Both the position numbers and the translations under genes were made by a program. From the NCBI GenBank assembly GCA_951406725.2, contig OX597823.1:40176001-40240000 (forward strand): a stretch of 64,000 nucleotides of DNA, in the 5' to 3' direction. Each line of letters opens with the position of its first letter. Positions within the stretch are counted from its first letter, which is position 1. Shown one piece after another: positions 25,966-40,079 of this stretch. Below the pieces are notes generated by a model. That model ran no database searches. It saw only the letters and a program-made list of their open reading frames with translations, and was not told the DNA's origin. The stretch comes from Octopus vulgaris. Taxonomy: Eukaryota.

Positions 25966-28150
25966 TACTGCGCATGTGCGAATAATTGTGGTGTTCGGCA
26001 CCAAAGAGGTGAGACATGCTCTTGAAGCCGTCTGGAATTGAAAGGTAAGATTCTGTTTTTTTGGGTCTAGTGGGAATTTTTGTTGAGAATTGTTTTTGTA
26101 CAGGCAGGAATTCCTATTGGATTCAGAATTCTGATTCTGCCGACATGGGGCAAATAATTTTTCTCGCTGAATTGTGAGAATTTTTGTTTGGGGGCGTATT
26201 CGTCTTCGGTTTATGTTGAGTGAATATTTTTCTCACTTAATTATGAGAATTATTGCTTGTATTGTGCCTTTTGAAGACCTTTAATAATTGTGAGAACTGC
26301 TGTATGGGGGAGTGTTTTGCCTCCGAAGATTGAACAATTTGTATATCAATTTTTGTGGAAGTTGTGTTCCAGTTGTGGCGTTCCGGGTTCAACCTAGGCC
26401 GGGAGTACCGAATGGCCGGAAGATTTTTTTTTTTTGCTGTGTTCCTGAACTATTGACTTTCTTCTAAACTTTATTTGACTTTCTCCTTTTTGTTTATTGT
26501 GACTTTCTTTTAATTTCTTTTTTCTTCTCGCTTTTAAAGTTTTATTTTGAATATATTCCAGAAAAAAAAGAAAAGAAACATGGCAATGAAAAATGACAAA
26601 ATTTTGGAATGGGAGATTACACCGCCTAAAAAGTGGTTAAAAGACCGTGAAGATAGGACGGTGGTGTTGAGAACCTACTCCAAGGCACTCGACACCATCG
26701 CCCTATTCGAAAAGACGGCAATTGAAAAGGAGTTGGCAGAGTATTTGCCAACAATTAAATTCATTTCCAGGGGTGTCAGATATGCAACGGTGTGGTTGCT
26801 ATTTGACACCCCTGAAGAGGCTCGCAAATTTGCTAGTCAACCCCTGGAGGGTAAGGAAATTTTATTTCTTCCCACGATTCATGGGAAGAGGTTGACGAAA
26901 GCTTGGATCTGCGGGCTGCCACCCGGGATAAAACCCGAGTGGATAGAGGAGACTATCCGCCGGGGTCTGGGTGGCAGCGGGACCAAGCTTCTTAATGTGA
27001 AAATTCTTCCAGCGGCTGTTTGGGTTGGGTCAAAAGCAATTTTGACCCTTTGGACCCAATCAGCGAATCTGGTTTGCCAGATTTTTTGAAAATGGCCGGA
27101 TGCAGGTACCCGTGATACTTGAGGGTCGCCCCCCCCCAGGTGTCATCGGTGCCTGGAGTCCGGCCATATAAAGAAAAACTGTCCCCGGGAACAAAATAAG
27201 ATCCCGGAGCAGTTAGGTGAAACCCCTGTAGAAGAGGGAATGAAGACGGCCGAGGAAGCGGAGGACTCCTCAAACAGAGGCCGAAAGAGGAAGAAGGTGA
27301 GCGACAATGTGTGTTCACCAAAGGATCCTAGGGATGAGGAGGGAAAGGCGAATCTTCCGGCCACGGAGGAGACGCACCCTTCCTCAGTTGAAAAGAAAAA
27401 AAGAGGAAGAGGAAGAGAAACGGGATATTGTCGGCAGTCGGTGACATAGTACCGGAATGTCCCGGAAATACGCCGGTTGGGGTTGTGCCACCGACAGGAG
27501 AAGAAACACCGTTGGCGGGAACTGTGCCGCCAATGAAAGAATTGAATATTCCGCCCCCGGGGAAAGACGATGTATTGCTCTTCTTCCATAGAGGCGGAGA
27601 GATTGAAAAGGTGATGGAAAAGCACCATAAGGGAGCACCTTCAGCCTTCACACAGGACCCCGAATGGCCTCCGCAGATAGCTGTGGAGTCCACGACATTC
27701 GACGTGACGTTTGAGCTGGAGGAGCTCAATGAGGAATATTTGCTTGTTCCCGGGCAACGCTAACACGGAACTCGATGTGGTTTTGGAAGAGGCGTGGAGG
27801 ATGGCAGAGGATGCGGGCACTAGTTATTTTGAGGATGAGTCATAAATTGTGACACTGTGTGACACAAACATTTGATAATAGGCACTTCGCTTTCTTTCTG
27901 AACTCTCCGGCTGTCAACGTGGTCTGCTCTGCTGGCGGCTAGATATTTGACTGGAGGTCCGGAAAGAGGAGGAAGGGAGAAGTGATAATGTATTTTTTAC
28001 GTTTGATAGAACATGTTTAGATACGACTTGAGGGGCCCCGACCTAGAGCTGGCGCATTCCTAAGGGAAGTGTAAGCCAGGTCTGGGAGGAGGAGCTTTGT
28101 GTATTGTATTTATATTATATGTAATTATTGAACTATGTTGTCTTTCTAGC
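25966..28150 (+). mobile_element. ORF1/gag-like element (L1/Tx1-type ORF1 with CCHC knuckle), no ORF2 seen; abuts a truncated SINE head at 25929-25965
   Basis: ORF from ATG at ~26580 (MAMKNDKILEW...LFLPTIHGKRLTKAWICGLPP), frameshifts near 27085-27137, then EGRPPRCHRCLESGHIKKNCP (CX2CX4HX4C at 27141-27182) and a low-complexity acidic tail. Confidence 0.7.
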
Positions 28151-28173
28151 TGGGGGACAAACGCACACACAAA

Positions 28174-28208
<35 letters not shown>

Positions 28209-28835
28209 ACCCACACACGCGCACACACGCTATATACGACGGGTTTCTGTCAACCAAATTTACTCACAGGTCTTAGCTCGAGGTTATAGTAAAAGACATT
28301 TGCCCAAGGTATTACGACTGGTGAGACATACAATGGTTTGTTATAGGTTCCTGAAGTATCAGCGAGCTTCTAGTTTTCTATATTTATAGCAATGGAAAGT
28401 ATAAGGGAGTGTGTAGCTTGGCGCGGCGGAACAAATATTATAAGGAATTTCATCGGAATGCACCAGGTTTTCGATGTCCTAGACGATGATTACGTCCTCA
28501 ACAGAAATAAATCGACAAAAGATTTATATAAACACATTTCTGTCTTTCTACTTGTCTCTCTGGCTGCCTGTGTGTCTCCGTGTCCATATGTATTTATATC
28601 TATATGTATGCGTGTGTATGTTTTTATGTATGATTCAATGTATGTATGCATATATTTATGTATGAACGAATATACGTATGTATGGATATAAATACGCGCG
28701 TGTGTATGTGAGCGTAAGAGTGAGTGTGTTGCGTATATTTGTGTAAGAACATATACGTATATATCTAAGGATGTATATATGTTCATATACATACTTACAT
28801 ATATACATACATATATATGTTTGATATACATACAT

Positions 28836-28883
<48 letters not shown>

Positions 28884-29151
28884 CAGTCTCAGTGTTTGCA
28901 TTTACGTATATTTGCTTGTGTGTATATTTCTAAACTATAATTCTTCGGACTGTCTGTCTCAGGGCCATTCCTTAGAAAATCTATATCTATGAATTATGTG
29001 GTTAAGTTCTACCATTAAGATAGAACATGGCACCAGTGGCGAAGAACTTTCAAAGGAACCAACTTATTGAAGTTTGTTGTCGCTATGTATGTATGTATGT
29101 ATGTATGTAGGTAGGTAGATAGGTATGTACGTACATATGCACGTAAGTTGG

Positions 29152-29185
<34 letters not shown>

Positions 29186-29199
29186 TGTATGTATGTATG

Positions 29200-29230
<31 letters not shown>

Positions 29231-29554
29231 GCACGCATGTACGTACGCATGTATGTATATATGTATGTGTATGTGTGTGTATGTATATATATATGTGTGC
29301 ATGTATGTATATTATGTTTGTATGTACTAATGGATATATATATGTATATGCATAAATATGTATGCATGCATGTATACTTGTATATATATATATATACACA
29401 CGCATATAAGTACATATATAGGTGTATGAATGTTTCTGTATATATATATATGTGTATATATGTATGTATATATGTACATATATATGAATATATATATATA
29501 TATATATTCATATATATGTATGTCTTTGTCTCTGTCTGTCTGTCTGTCTGTCTG

Positions 29555-29626
<72 letters not shown>

Positions 29627-30832
29627 ATATAGGTATGATGTGACAAAGATAGTGAAAGAGAAATTGTTTTATTTGTGTTGAATAGACAAATGCACACATA
29701 ACTCTCCGTACACTTGGAGACAACGAGAGGTCAAATTTGATTTGTTTGTTTTTATCAGATGTAAACAACAGCCGAGATATATCTAAGTTTGAAACCTAAT
29801 TTAGCAAACAAAAACTGAACTATCTGCAAAACAAAAAGAAAATGTTCCGGGTGAGAAATCAGGAAAGAGAGATTGATTGCCACAATTTTAGGTTAAAGGT
29901 TCATTTTGTGTATGGACATCAAGTAGTTGAGCAGACGATAAAGAGAATCTTCAAAGACAGGATATTAAAACGAAGGAATCAACACTAAGAGAGAGAAATA
30001 CATAACGGCTTTCAGGAGAAAAGCAAATGTAAAGAAAATGGTGGCCGGAATATCGTTTGACTGCGCGAAAGATTTGTTGTTGTCGTTATTATGTCGGTTT
30101 TTTTTTTATATTTGTTTGCTTTTAGCGTGTTTCATTTTCTTTACTTCTCGTTTAGTGATATTAGTGTTGTGATCCTTGCTTGATTATTTATGAGTAAAGT
30201 AGGAGATAATAACTTCGCAAATTAGAATAGACGAGAGATTTCTGTTTATGTTGTTGTTGATGTTGTTTTTGATGTTCGTAATGGTAGTGTAGTTATTTGT
30301 CTTCGTACGGTTGTCGTCTTCGTGGCTCTAGTTGTGAAATAACTTCGAGCTCTCATCATTGTTGGTGTTTATTATTATTACTAATAACTATTTTATTCAT
30401 GTCGTCGTCTCGTCTTCTAGGATAAACCACCGCACACCTACACTCTGTCATATTCACACGTACTGTCACTCTCACACATACTCACACACACCTACACACG
30501 CATCATTATGCATATACAACGTCACACACACACACACACCTTCTCATACACACAGACACACACCGTCTCATGCACACACATCGTATCACACAATATTTCA
30601 TATACACACCATCACATTCGCACACATTCATACATACTGTCATTCACATACATACATACTCACACACACACACTCACACACACACTCACACACACACACA
30701 CACTCACACACACACACATACAGACTCGCACACACACACTCACACACCGTCACACATACACACACACGCACACACATACAGACTCGCACACACACACTCA
30801 CACACCGTGCAACACACTCACACACTCACTCA

Positions 30833-30877
<45 letters not shown>

Positions 30878-33134
30878 TCACACACACTTACGCACACACA
30901 CGCACACACACAGAGTGTAATATAACACTTCAAACAATGTCTGAGCATTCAGGAAACGAAGATCTCCTGCCTTTTATATCCACTGGACACAAGCAATACA
31001 CTCCATAACTTTTACGACTATTAGAACTGTCTGTCACCGTCATCAAAACAGTTTAAAACGACTTAAAACGACTTAAAATGACTTAAAATGACTACACTAA
31101 ATTTATTTCATTACCAAACTTTGCTTCCAAACGAATATTTTCCTCAGGACGTTCTAATGTTAAAATTCTATTGTTACTTAACAGTTCTTGCCAAATCCAA
31201 ATGTTTCCGCTAATCTTGACCTGAAGCATTCATAACTACATTGCCATCGATTTCTTTTCCTTTCTATTTGACGACGACGACGACGACGACGACAACAACA
31301 ACCATAACAAGGAGAATTATATTTCTCTTCTGTCGGGGGTTAGCAGTCTAGATGTTAAAATTACAAATGGGTATTTCTCATGTATCCATTCTACTTCTTT
31401 GCTTCTGGCAAGGTACGTAGCGACTCCATTGAGGCAGTTGACGTTGGCTTCTATCTCCTTTTATCCCTTTCGATCAATCTCATAAAACTAAATTCAGTTT
31501 CGTTATCTCAATCCAAATCTTCCTGGTCATTTTAACTATCGCAAACGGTCTCCCTAACCCCTTTTACTTGAGTTCGTGAGGTGAGCATTGCCAATAGCCT
31601 CTTGGCGCTTTTCTAGTCTAGAACAAAGGGATAATAAATTATATTAGTATAACTATTGTATTAAATCGTATAATCTGAGTGATGAACAGCGTTTTGATGG
31701 CGGTATGTTGCACAAGATTTCAATTACAACACCACCACCGCCCACTTTTTTTAAACACTTCAAATTTTATTTTTGCATTAAATTTCATACCTCCTGTCAT
31801 TTAGCAGGAACTATTACGGGTCACATAACGTGTTGCTGTTTAAATATACTTCATATTGTTGTCGTCGGTTGGATAGAGAAATTCTGCTGTCACAAAATGT
31901 AACGTCAAAAATTCTGTTGTGTTTTAAAGTATTTAACAAAAGTCACACAATTTGACGTGCGAGAAAAGAATTTCTTTTGTCTACCCCAGTAACTGAGTGA
32001 TAATTATTTTATCATCCCCGGAAGGATGTATGGTAAAGTCAAATCACAGGAGGAGTTGAACTCAGAACTTAAAATAAACTGCTCTTTGGCTGCTAATTTT
32101 AGCAGATCGAATGACTAATTATATGATCTCTCGTTTGCTAAGATGTTAGAAGTTTTGTTTGGAGGCAGAATAAATCTAGTGTAAGGAAACTGTGAAGCAG
32201 ATAAGGAAATTGGCCGTCTGTTTCATAATAACTATTTTGGAAGAGAATATTAAATTACTGAGTCACAAGACTAGCTAGTAAGGGACAGTGACAATTGTAG
32301 TAGTGGTTGTAAAGGCGACGGGATGAGACTCAAGTCTTTGAGTTAGAGGTTGGAGTGTGCTGGTGACTCCACACAGATCAGTCGGTCGTTTTTCCTTTGG
32401 AAACACTCTGAGATGCTTCTGCATGTGTAGAAGCAGCACCGTCCCAGAAGCGGGAACATTACCGCATGATCTTTGGAGAGGCATGATTTCATAAACTACA
32501 AAAGACAATAGGAATGAATTTTAAGTTTAGCTACCATACTGGTATAGTCAGTTGACGTTTCTTGCACACATTTTGGAGGTTGACAAGAAGCTCCACAAAA
32601 AAAAAACAAAAACAAACAATCATGATAGTTATGCATAAAAATAAAAAAAAACAAAAAAAAAAACAAAACAAAAACAAAAACAAAAGCAATAATGCATTAC
32701 GTGATCCCTCTAATGGTCACAGCCATTATAAGGGAGTTAATAATTTTGTCATAATTACAAGGAAGATTAGAAATTTGAAAATCGAAATAAAGAATTACAA
32801 GGAAAAGTATGCATAAAATTCACATTATTAATTTTATTCTTTACTTTAAATTCTTAAAATTCCTAGTCAGCTACATGAAGACAACATGACAACCTTCCAA
32901 ACTTCGCCAGCGCAATACCAAAGGCCTTGTAAAATTTTTCTTCTGCACCCTTATTTCTGCGTAACTTTCAATTTTGAGTTTCTCACCTTCAATATAATCA
33001 ATCCATCCCACCATCTTGTTCATTATCATCTGCTGTTTCTTTTGCAAACCCATCAGAATTCATCTTGATAGTTTTATCACTTACCTGTATCCACGCATTC
33101 TCTAGACGTGTCTTGTTCAATTCATTGCAGCGAA

Positions 33135-33508
33135 TCTCTCTATATATAAACGGCAGTTTGTCTGTGTGTGTTTCTGTGTGTCTGTTAGCTTGTACCCTCA
33201 CCCTGGCCACGGCTTTCAACCGATTCTGATGAAACTTGACACACACATAGCCCAATGTCATAATTCAAAACTAACGCAGCGAAAATTTTGAAAAGTTTCC
33301 CCAGTTCTGAAAAAAATCGATAAATTCGACATGGGGTCGAGAATTAGAAACACAAACCACAGACTGTCTAGGGGACGCAACTCAACCTTTTTAACCAAAA
33401 AAAAAAAAATTACCATCATTTTTTTCCCATTTTTTGGCTATAACTCTCTAAAAAGGCTTTATAGTTATTTCCCTTACAAACCCGAGCAACGCCGGGCGAT
33501 ACTGCTAG
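33135..33508 (+). mobile_element. Non-autonomous Helitron
   Basis: Starts TC after A; ends with hairpin CCCGAGCAACGCCGGG, then CTAG followed by T (A|T insertion, no TSD); internal (GT)-rich tract. Confidence 0.8.
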
Positions 33509-34143
33509 TTCTTAATAAATTTGGTAATGTGACTAAGTTGTTTTGTTTGTATATCTATCAAATCGTTTCAAAATATATCCCAGAACCCGTTGAGTCGTTC
33601 TTAACTAGCTTTTTTTTTTCCAGTTCTTTGTTAGTTTCCCTGTGAGATGATGCCATTGGTTAAAAAAAAAACACGAAGAACAAAAACAAAAAACGATGTT
33701 CTCAGACTCAGCGCTGTTTGGATTTCAAGCGGCTCAATGAAAAAAAAAATAGGGTTTAATCACCAGTGTGGCCATCACTCCAACAAAAATTGCTGCTTGC
33801 TTTGTTTGCTTGTTTTTTCATTTGTTTCTTCAATTCTTTCTTTCTTTCTATCTTTCTTTTTCATTTTCATTCTTTCCTTCCTCCTTTCTCCCCCTTTTTC
33901 CTTATCCTTCGTCTTTCATCCGTTCGTTCCTTCCGTGCTTTTTTCCTTCGTTTCTTCCGTTCTTCTTTTGTTCGTGTGTTCGTTCGTACATTGCTTCTTT
34001 CCCTCCCTTTTCGTTTCTTTATTTCTTTCCTTTTTGCAATCATTCATTCTTTCATTATCTTCCTTTCTTGCATCATTCTCCATTCCTACCTTTCTGCATT
34101 TCTTTCTTCTTTTCCTTCCTTCTTTCCTTCTTCCCTTTCTTTC

Positions 34144-34189
<46 letters not shown>

Positions 34190-34246
34190 CTCTTTCTTTC
34201 TTTCTTTCTTTCTTTCTTTCCTTCCTTTCTTTCCTTTCTTTCTTTC

Positions 34247-34305
<59 letters not shown>

Positions 34306-35252
34306 TCCTTCCTTTCTTTCTTTCTTTCCTTCTTTCATCCTTCCTTCCTTCCTTCCTTCCTTCCTTCCTTCCTTCCTTTCTTTCTTTCTTTCCTCCCTTC
34401 CTCCCTCTTTCCCCTCTCTCCTTTGTATCTCACCATTTGGTAATGGTAGCTGTAACTGTTTATTTTTTTACTAAAGTGATCTTCATTCAAGTTTAATATC
34501 GGAAAATTATAAGCACACATACAGAACACCACCCCCACACGCACATCAATTTATATATTTACATGCACACATAGATACATACAAACATATATACATACAT
34601 ATATACTTACATGCCCACACACATATAATATATATATACACACATATAATATATATACACACATACAGACACGCACGCATACAATTATATCTGCGTGCGT
34701 TGTATTCGCGTAGTACATATATGTATGTAATTATACACATACACACACAGCGTGCCCCCCCGACACGCATATATACACGTACATATATGTATGTAATGTG
34801 TGTATGTATTTGCGTATATCTATATATATACATAAAAATATAGTTATTCATATGTATATACAAGCATGTGTATGTACATACATATATAAATATGCACACA
34901 CACACATATACATACTTACATGTATATATGTGTGTGTGTTTGTGTGTGAGTGTATAAGTGTGCATGTGTGTGTATATGTATGCGTTTATAAATAAGTCCA
35001 TAAATGTACACACATATACACACACACTTATATCGTCTATGAAATCTGACTTTGTATATACATTATCTTGTTCGAAATTTAGTTTCTCTCTTTCTATATT
35101 TGTATATTAACTTTGTTCTAATTTATTCTTTTCTAACTAAATATCTTTAAGTTGATCTACAGCTAACAAGTCACTGAGTGTAACCCCACTAACATATTAT
35201 TTACTTGTCTGTACACACATACATATATATGTATGTGTGTGTATATATGTGA

Positions 35253-35326
<74 letters not shown>

Positions 35327-35484
35327 GTATATATATATGTATATATATGTATGTATATATACATGTGTATGTATATATATATACGTATGTATATATATAC
35401 ATGTATATATATATTTATATGTATATATGTATATGTATATATATATATATCTATGTAGGCATATATATATATATATATATATAT

Positions 35485-35798
35485 ATACTAAGTAATTAAG
35501 GGTTTAGCAACGAATTGCCTCACCAACACACCGAATTTAGAAATAGCAGTCAAAGAGATATAGCTATTCCTTCTACTAAAAGGGGTATCTCAGTAAAAAC
35601 ACAGCACTTGAAAGGCAAACACAGACAGGTAAGAAAGAAAGAATGAATGAAAGAAAGTCTGTGTTTGCCTTTCAAGTGCTGTGTTTTTACTGAGATCCCC
35701 CTTTTAGTAGAAGGAATAGCTATATCTCTTTGACTGCTATTTCTAAATTCGGTGTGTTGGTGAGGCAATTCGTTGCTAAACCCTTAATTACTTAGTAT
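35485..35798. repeat. Near-perfect inverted repeat, ~142-bp arms with a 30-nt purine-rich loop
   Basis: 35485-35626 is the reverse complement of 35657-35798 apart from small differences around GGGG(T)ATCTC. The unit 35485-35905 is bounded by (TA)n on both sides. Confidence 0.95.
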
Positions 35799-35902
35799 TA
35801 CTTAAATTTTCCTCGAATGGGGCTTTTACATGCCGAAACCTACTTGGTGTAATTGATAATTATTCCAAATTAATTAATTTCACCCTTTATTATTACTGAT
35901 AA

Positions 35903-35987
<85 letters not shown>

Positions 35988-36122
35988 TATATATAAATTT
36001 ATATATAAATATTTTATAATTATTTACATAATTATAACAAGGGATCAGCTTTATGCCTCACCACGCACTGCTAGAAATAGACGTTAACTTTCTATTTACC
36101 ATCTTAAAATCTCCGAGAATTA

Positions 36123-37384
36123 CGAGGGACGTTCAATAAGTAATGCCTCTGACCCACTTGCAGTTGTTTGATCTAGCTGAAATTGTGCATGTGCAATCAT
36201 TTATATCTCTATAGAGTAAGTGGCAAATTACAGCTCTGAATTAATTGTGTTTGAACCGAGTCAAGTGTGAAATGGAGCCTGTTGAGTGTCGAGCAGTGAT
36301 CCGGTTTTTGTATTTGAAAGGACGCACACCACGGGAGACTTTTGATGAAATGAAAGTAACTTATGGTGATGATGCCCCATCATATGACCTTGTAAAACGC
36401 TGGCATCGTGAATTCAAACATGGTCGGAACTCTGTGGAAACAGCCCCCAGATCTGGTCGCCCCCTTCTGCCATTGATGAGGCATCTGTCCGTAAAGTTGA
36501 GGCTGCTATTTTGGAAGATCGACGCATAATTATTCGCCAAATAGCCCATGAGGTCAAGATTAGTACCGGGTCTGTGGAAACTATCATTCATAACCATTTG
36601 CATATGCAAAAGGTGTCTGCCAGATGGATTCCCAGGTTGCTCACGCCTTTCCAGAAGCAAGAACGCGTCGAGTGCTCGAGGGTGAATTTGGAGATGTGCC
36701 AAGAAGATGAGTCAAAATTTTTTAAAAGACTGATTACACAGGATGAAACCTGGGTCCATCACGATGATCCAGAGACCAAAGCCCAGTCAATGCAGTGGAA
36801 GCACCGTGACTCACCTCCTCCAAAGAAGGCAAGGGTGCAGCCCTCCGCTGGCAAGGTCATGCTCACAGTCTTCTGGGACCAGGACGGAGTAGTGATGACA
36901 GATTTCCTGGCAAAGGGTACCACAATTGCAGGAGCCTATCATGCTTCACTTTTGAGGAAATTAAGAGAAGCTATCAAAATCAAGAGGCGGGGCAAGATCA
37001 GCAAAGGCATCCTCCTCCTGCAGGACAACGCTCCGGTCCACAACTCGCTTGTCGCCAGATCAGAAGCACAGGCGTATGGCTATGAACTCCTCCCCCATGC
37101 CCCCTACTTTCCTGACCTTGCACCCTCTGATTTTCACCTCTTCCCAATCATGAAGTTGTTTTTGAAAGGAAAGCGTTTCCCAGATGATGCAGCCTTGATT
37201 TCTGAAGTCACGTTGAGGTTGGAGGACCAAGCTGGGTTCTTCTACAAAAACGGTCTCCAGAGCCGCATCAAACGATGGGAGAAATGCGTAACTCTTGGTG
37301 GTTCCTATGTAGAAAAAGACTAATAACTGTGCCAAGTTTCGTTGCTCTACTGCTATGGGAAGTGGGTCAGGGGCATTACTTATT
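36123..37384 (+). mobile_element. Mariner (Tc1/mariner, DD34D) transposon; 5' TIR intact after TA, 3' TIR truncated
   Basis: 5' TA|CGAGGGACGTTCAATAAGTAATGCCTCTGACCCACTT. 3' AAGTGGGTCAGGGGCATTACTTATT (37360-37384) matches the inner part of the TIR, then SINE-derived sequence begins. Confidence 0.92.
36272..37323 (+). pseudogene. Mariner transposase, ~350 aa if one frameshift (C5 run at 36460-36464) is restored
   Basis: HTH N-terminus MEPVECRAVIRFLYLKG...PRSGRP; WIPRLL motif; QDETW, LQDNAPVH and PYFPDLAPSDFHLF, with 34 residues between the 2nd and 3rd Asp. Confidence 0.93.
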
Positions 37385-37710
37385 TGTTTAAGTCATTTGA
37401 CTGCGCCCATGCTGGAGTATCGCATTTAGTCGAACGAATCGACCCCAGGACTTATTCTTTGTAAGCCTAGTACTTATCCTATCGGTCCTTTTTGATGCAC
37501 TGCTGAGTTACGGGGACGTAAACACACCACCATCGGTATAACGATATTATATAACGTTATTATATTTTTAGGTGTTTAACTTTCTTAAGATTTTATGAAT
37601 TAAAAAAAAACCCAATAGTATCCTTAATTCACACACACACACACACAAATATACACGTATAAACAAAGTAGATATGTGCGTAATATAGCCGACAGTTTAT
37701 TCACCGCCCC

Positions 37711-37766
<56 letters not shown>

Positions 37767-37860
37767 TTACATCCCTATATACCACACACACATATATAAA
37801 GGCATTCCCACCACACTGGTATACTTACATCAGTATCTCTCATTATCCTTTTTCCTTTCG

Positions 37861-37902
<42 letters not shown>

Positions 37903-38639
37903 ATTGACATATATATTGTATTTGTCAAAGCGTGGCCTCTCTAAAATGTATGAATGAAGAACAGAATCAAATACATTCTTATAGTGTAATAATATTGTCG
38001 ACCCCGCGGACTTTGGTAATGTTGCTTTGTTGATGACAGTTTCTTAAGCTCAACTCCAAACTCATTACTTTCCTCTTCTTCATCTCTCAGTTATCATGTG
38101 TGTTTCGTAGTGATCTTGAAGAATTACATTGAGGACACCTTTTTGTAGTTTATCCCTTTAGCATTTAAACCGGTCATATCCAGCCCATTTTATGCTGTTC
38201 AAACCAGTCAGATCCAACCTCTTGTACATACCCTACAATGTCATTCTGAAAATACACAATCAGATTATCAAAATCTAGATTCTATGAGACAATACATGAT
38301 TAGTTTAAGACAATGTGAATAAATAAGTATTATACCAGTGAGAATAACCTGAATATCTAAGAGTTATATGTGATTTTAGACAATGGTAACGGCTGGTATT
38401 TTTTGCTATATGTGTCCCTTGTTTCTTGGGTTTGAGGTTTGCTCTTGCAACTGTCATGTAGTCTGGAGTATTGTGTTCTCTTCCTATCGTTTATTACCCT
38501 TTTTTTAACGGGTTGTCAAGATCCTTCCAGTAGAATATGACAATTTTTATACTAATACCCAAATGTCATATCTATCGTAGCTGATTTTTTCATTCTAAAT
38601 TTTTGCAAATGTTATTGCTTTCTACAACGTATCCTGAGT

Positions 38640-38855
38640 AACTCTGCTAGGAGGGGTCATCTCAATCTTGCGCCCCTCCTTTTTCAACAGGTTCTTTTAC
38701 TTTATTAAATCTTGCATTTCAAACTTTATCTCCTCTTTCGAAGCGCCGGCCGCAGCCGCAAAACTTTTGATGCTTTTCCTCTAATTCATTATCCTTTTTC
38801 CTCTTGACAGCTCCTCCTCTATGTTATCGTAAAATTCCATTGATTCACTCTCTGG
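38640..38855 (-). mobile_element. Fragment homologous to the 5' part of the ORF1-like element at 50.7 kb
   Basis: Reverse complement matches 50724-50940 (AAAAGTTTTGCGGCTGCGGC.GGCGCTTCGAAAGAGGAGATAAAGTTTGAAATGCA); bracketed by a ~95-bp direct repeat (38515-38607 / 38862-38957). Confidence 0.75.
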
Positions 38856-38987
38856 CGATCTCTGTCAAGATCCTTCCAGTAGAATATGACAATTTTTATA
38901 CCAATACCCAAATGTCATATCTATCCTAGCTGATTTTTCCATTCTGAAATTTTGCATGAACTGTCAGGCGAATTTCATATTAATATA

Positions 38988-39213
38988 TTTCTTTATTGCC
39001 CACAAGGGGCTAAACATAGAGGGGACAAACAAGAACAGACAAAGGGATTAAGTCGATTACATCGACCCAGTGCGAAACTGGTACTTTATTTATCGACCCC
39101 GAGAGGATGAAAGGCAAAGTCGACCTCGGCGGAGTTTGAACTCAGAATGTAACGACAGACGAAATACGGCTAAGCATTTCGCCCGGCGCGCTAACGTTTC
39201 TGCCAGCTCGCCA
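38988..39213 (-). mobile_element. Complete monomer of the MetaSINE-like SINE including the long 3' tail
   Basis: Minus: GGCGAGCTGGCAGAAACGTTAGC...TTTAGCCCCTTGTGGGCAATAAAGAAATAT. Confidence 0.85.
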
Positions 39214-40021
39214 ATAGCCTTCCTTAACCATACTGTTTTGTGACAGTATGGTTAACTATGATCACTTTCGTTTTGGCCATGATTTCTACTTTTAGCAATT
39301 CTCTGGCGGGCAGAAAAGACTGGACTAGGGAGAGAAATATTTTATGAAAACCTTTGTTGACTTGTTCTGTTTCTAGGAGTACCACAACAAAGGTACCTGG
39401 GTGGTGTCGCAACTTGGAGTTAGAATGCGAGTATCTGCGGTATTTTACATCCCAAGAGCATTTAATATTCATCATGTAACCAATCTCAAGATCCTCCTCA
39501 GCCAGTTTCTAGAATTGGTACAGATCATAGATCATAATTCGATACAAAAGTCCTCAGGAATATCCTTTAATAATTTAGCGACAGTCTTGAGTCTCATAAT
39601 GAGGTATTTTATAGAAATAATCTACGTGTTATGTTACCAGTTTCATTCTACCATTTGGTTACTGCTGCGATCATCTCTCGGAATAGGCGCTTCTGTACGT
39701 GTATTCAAAGAAGATGACCATTTAAACAATTATCTGAGGAGACAGTATTCATAATACGACTCTGTGAACAGTCTGTCCTCTATGTCGACTTAGCTGACGT
39801 CGATCTCATATCTGTCTGTCTGTCTGTCTGTCTGCCTACCTGTCTGTCTATCTGTCTGTCTGTCTGTCTGTATGTATGTATGTATGTATGTATTTACATA
39901 TGTGAGGTTATGTGTATGTATGGATATGTTAATGTTCGTATGTTTGCATGTGTGCATATGTATGAAAATATGAATGAATATATGTATATGTGTGTACGTG
40001 TTTGTATGTACGAGTATGATG

Positions 40022-40079
<58 letters not shown>

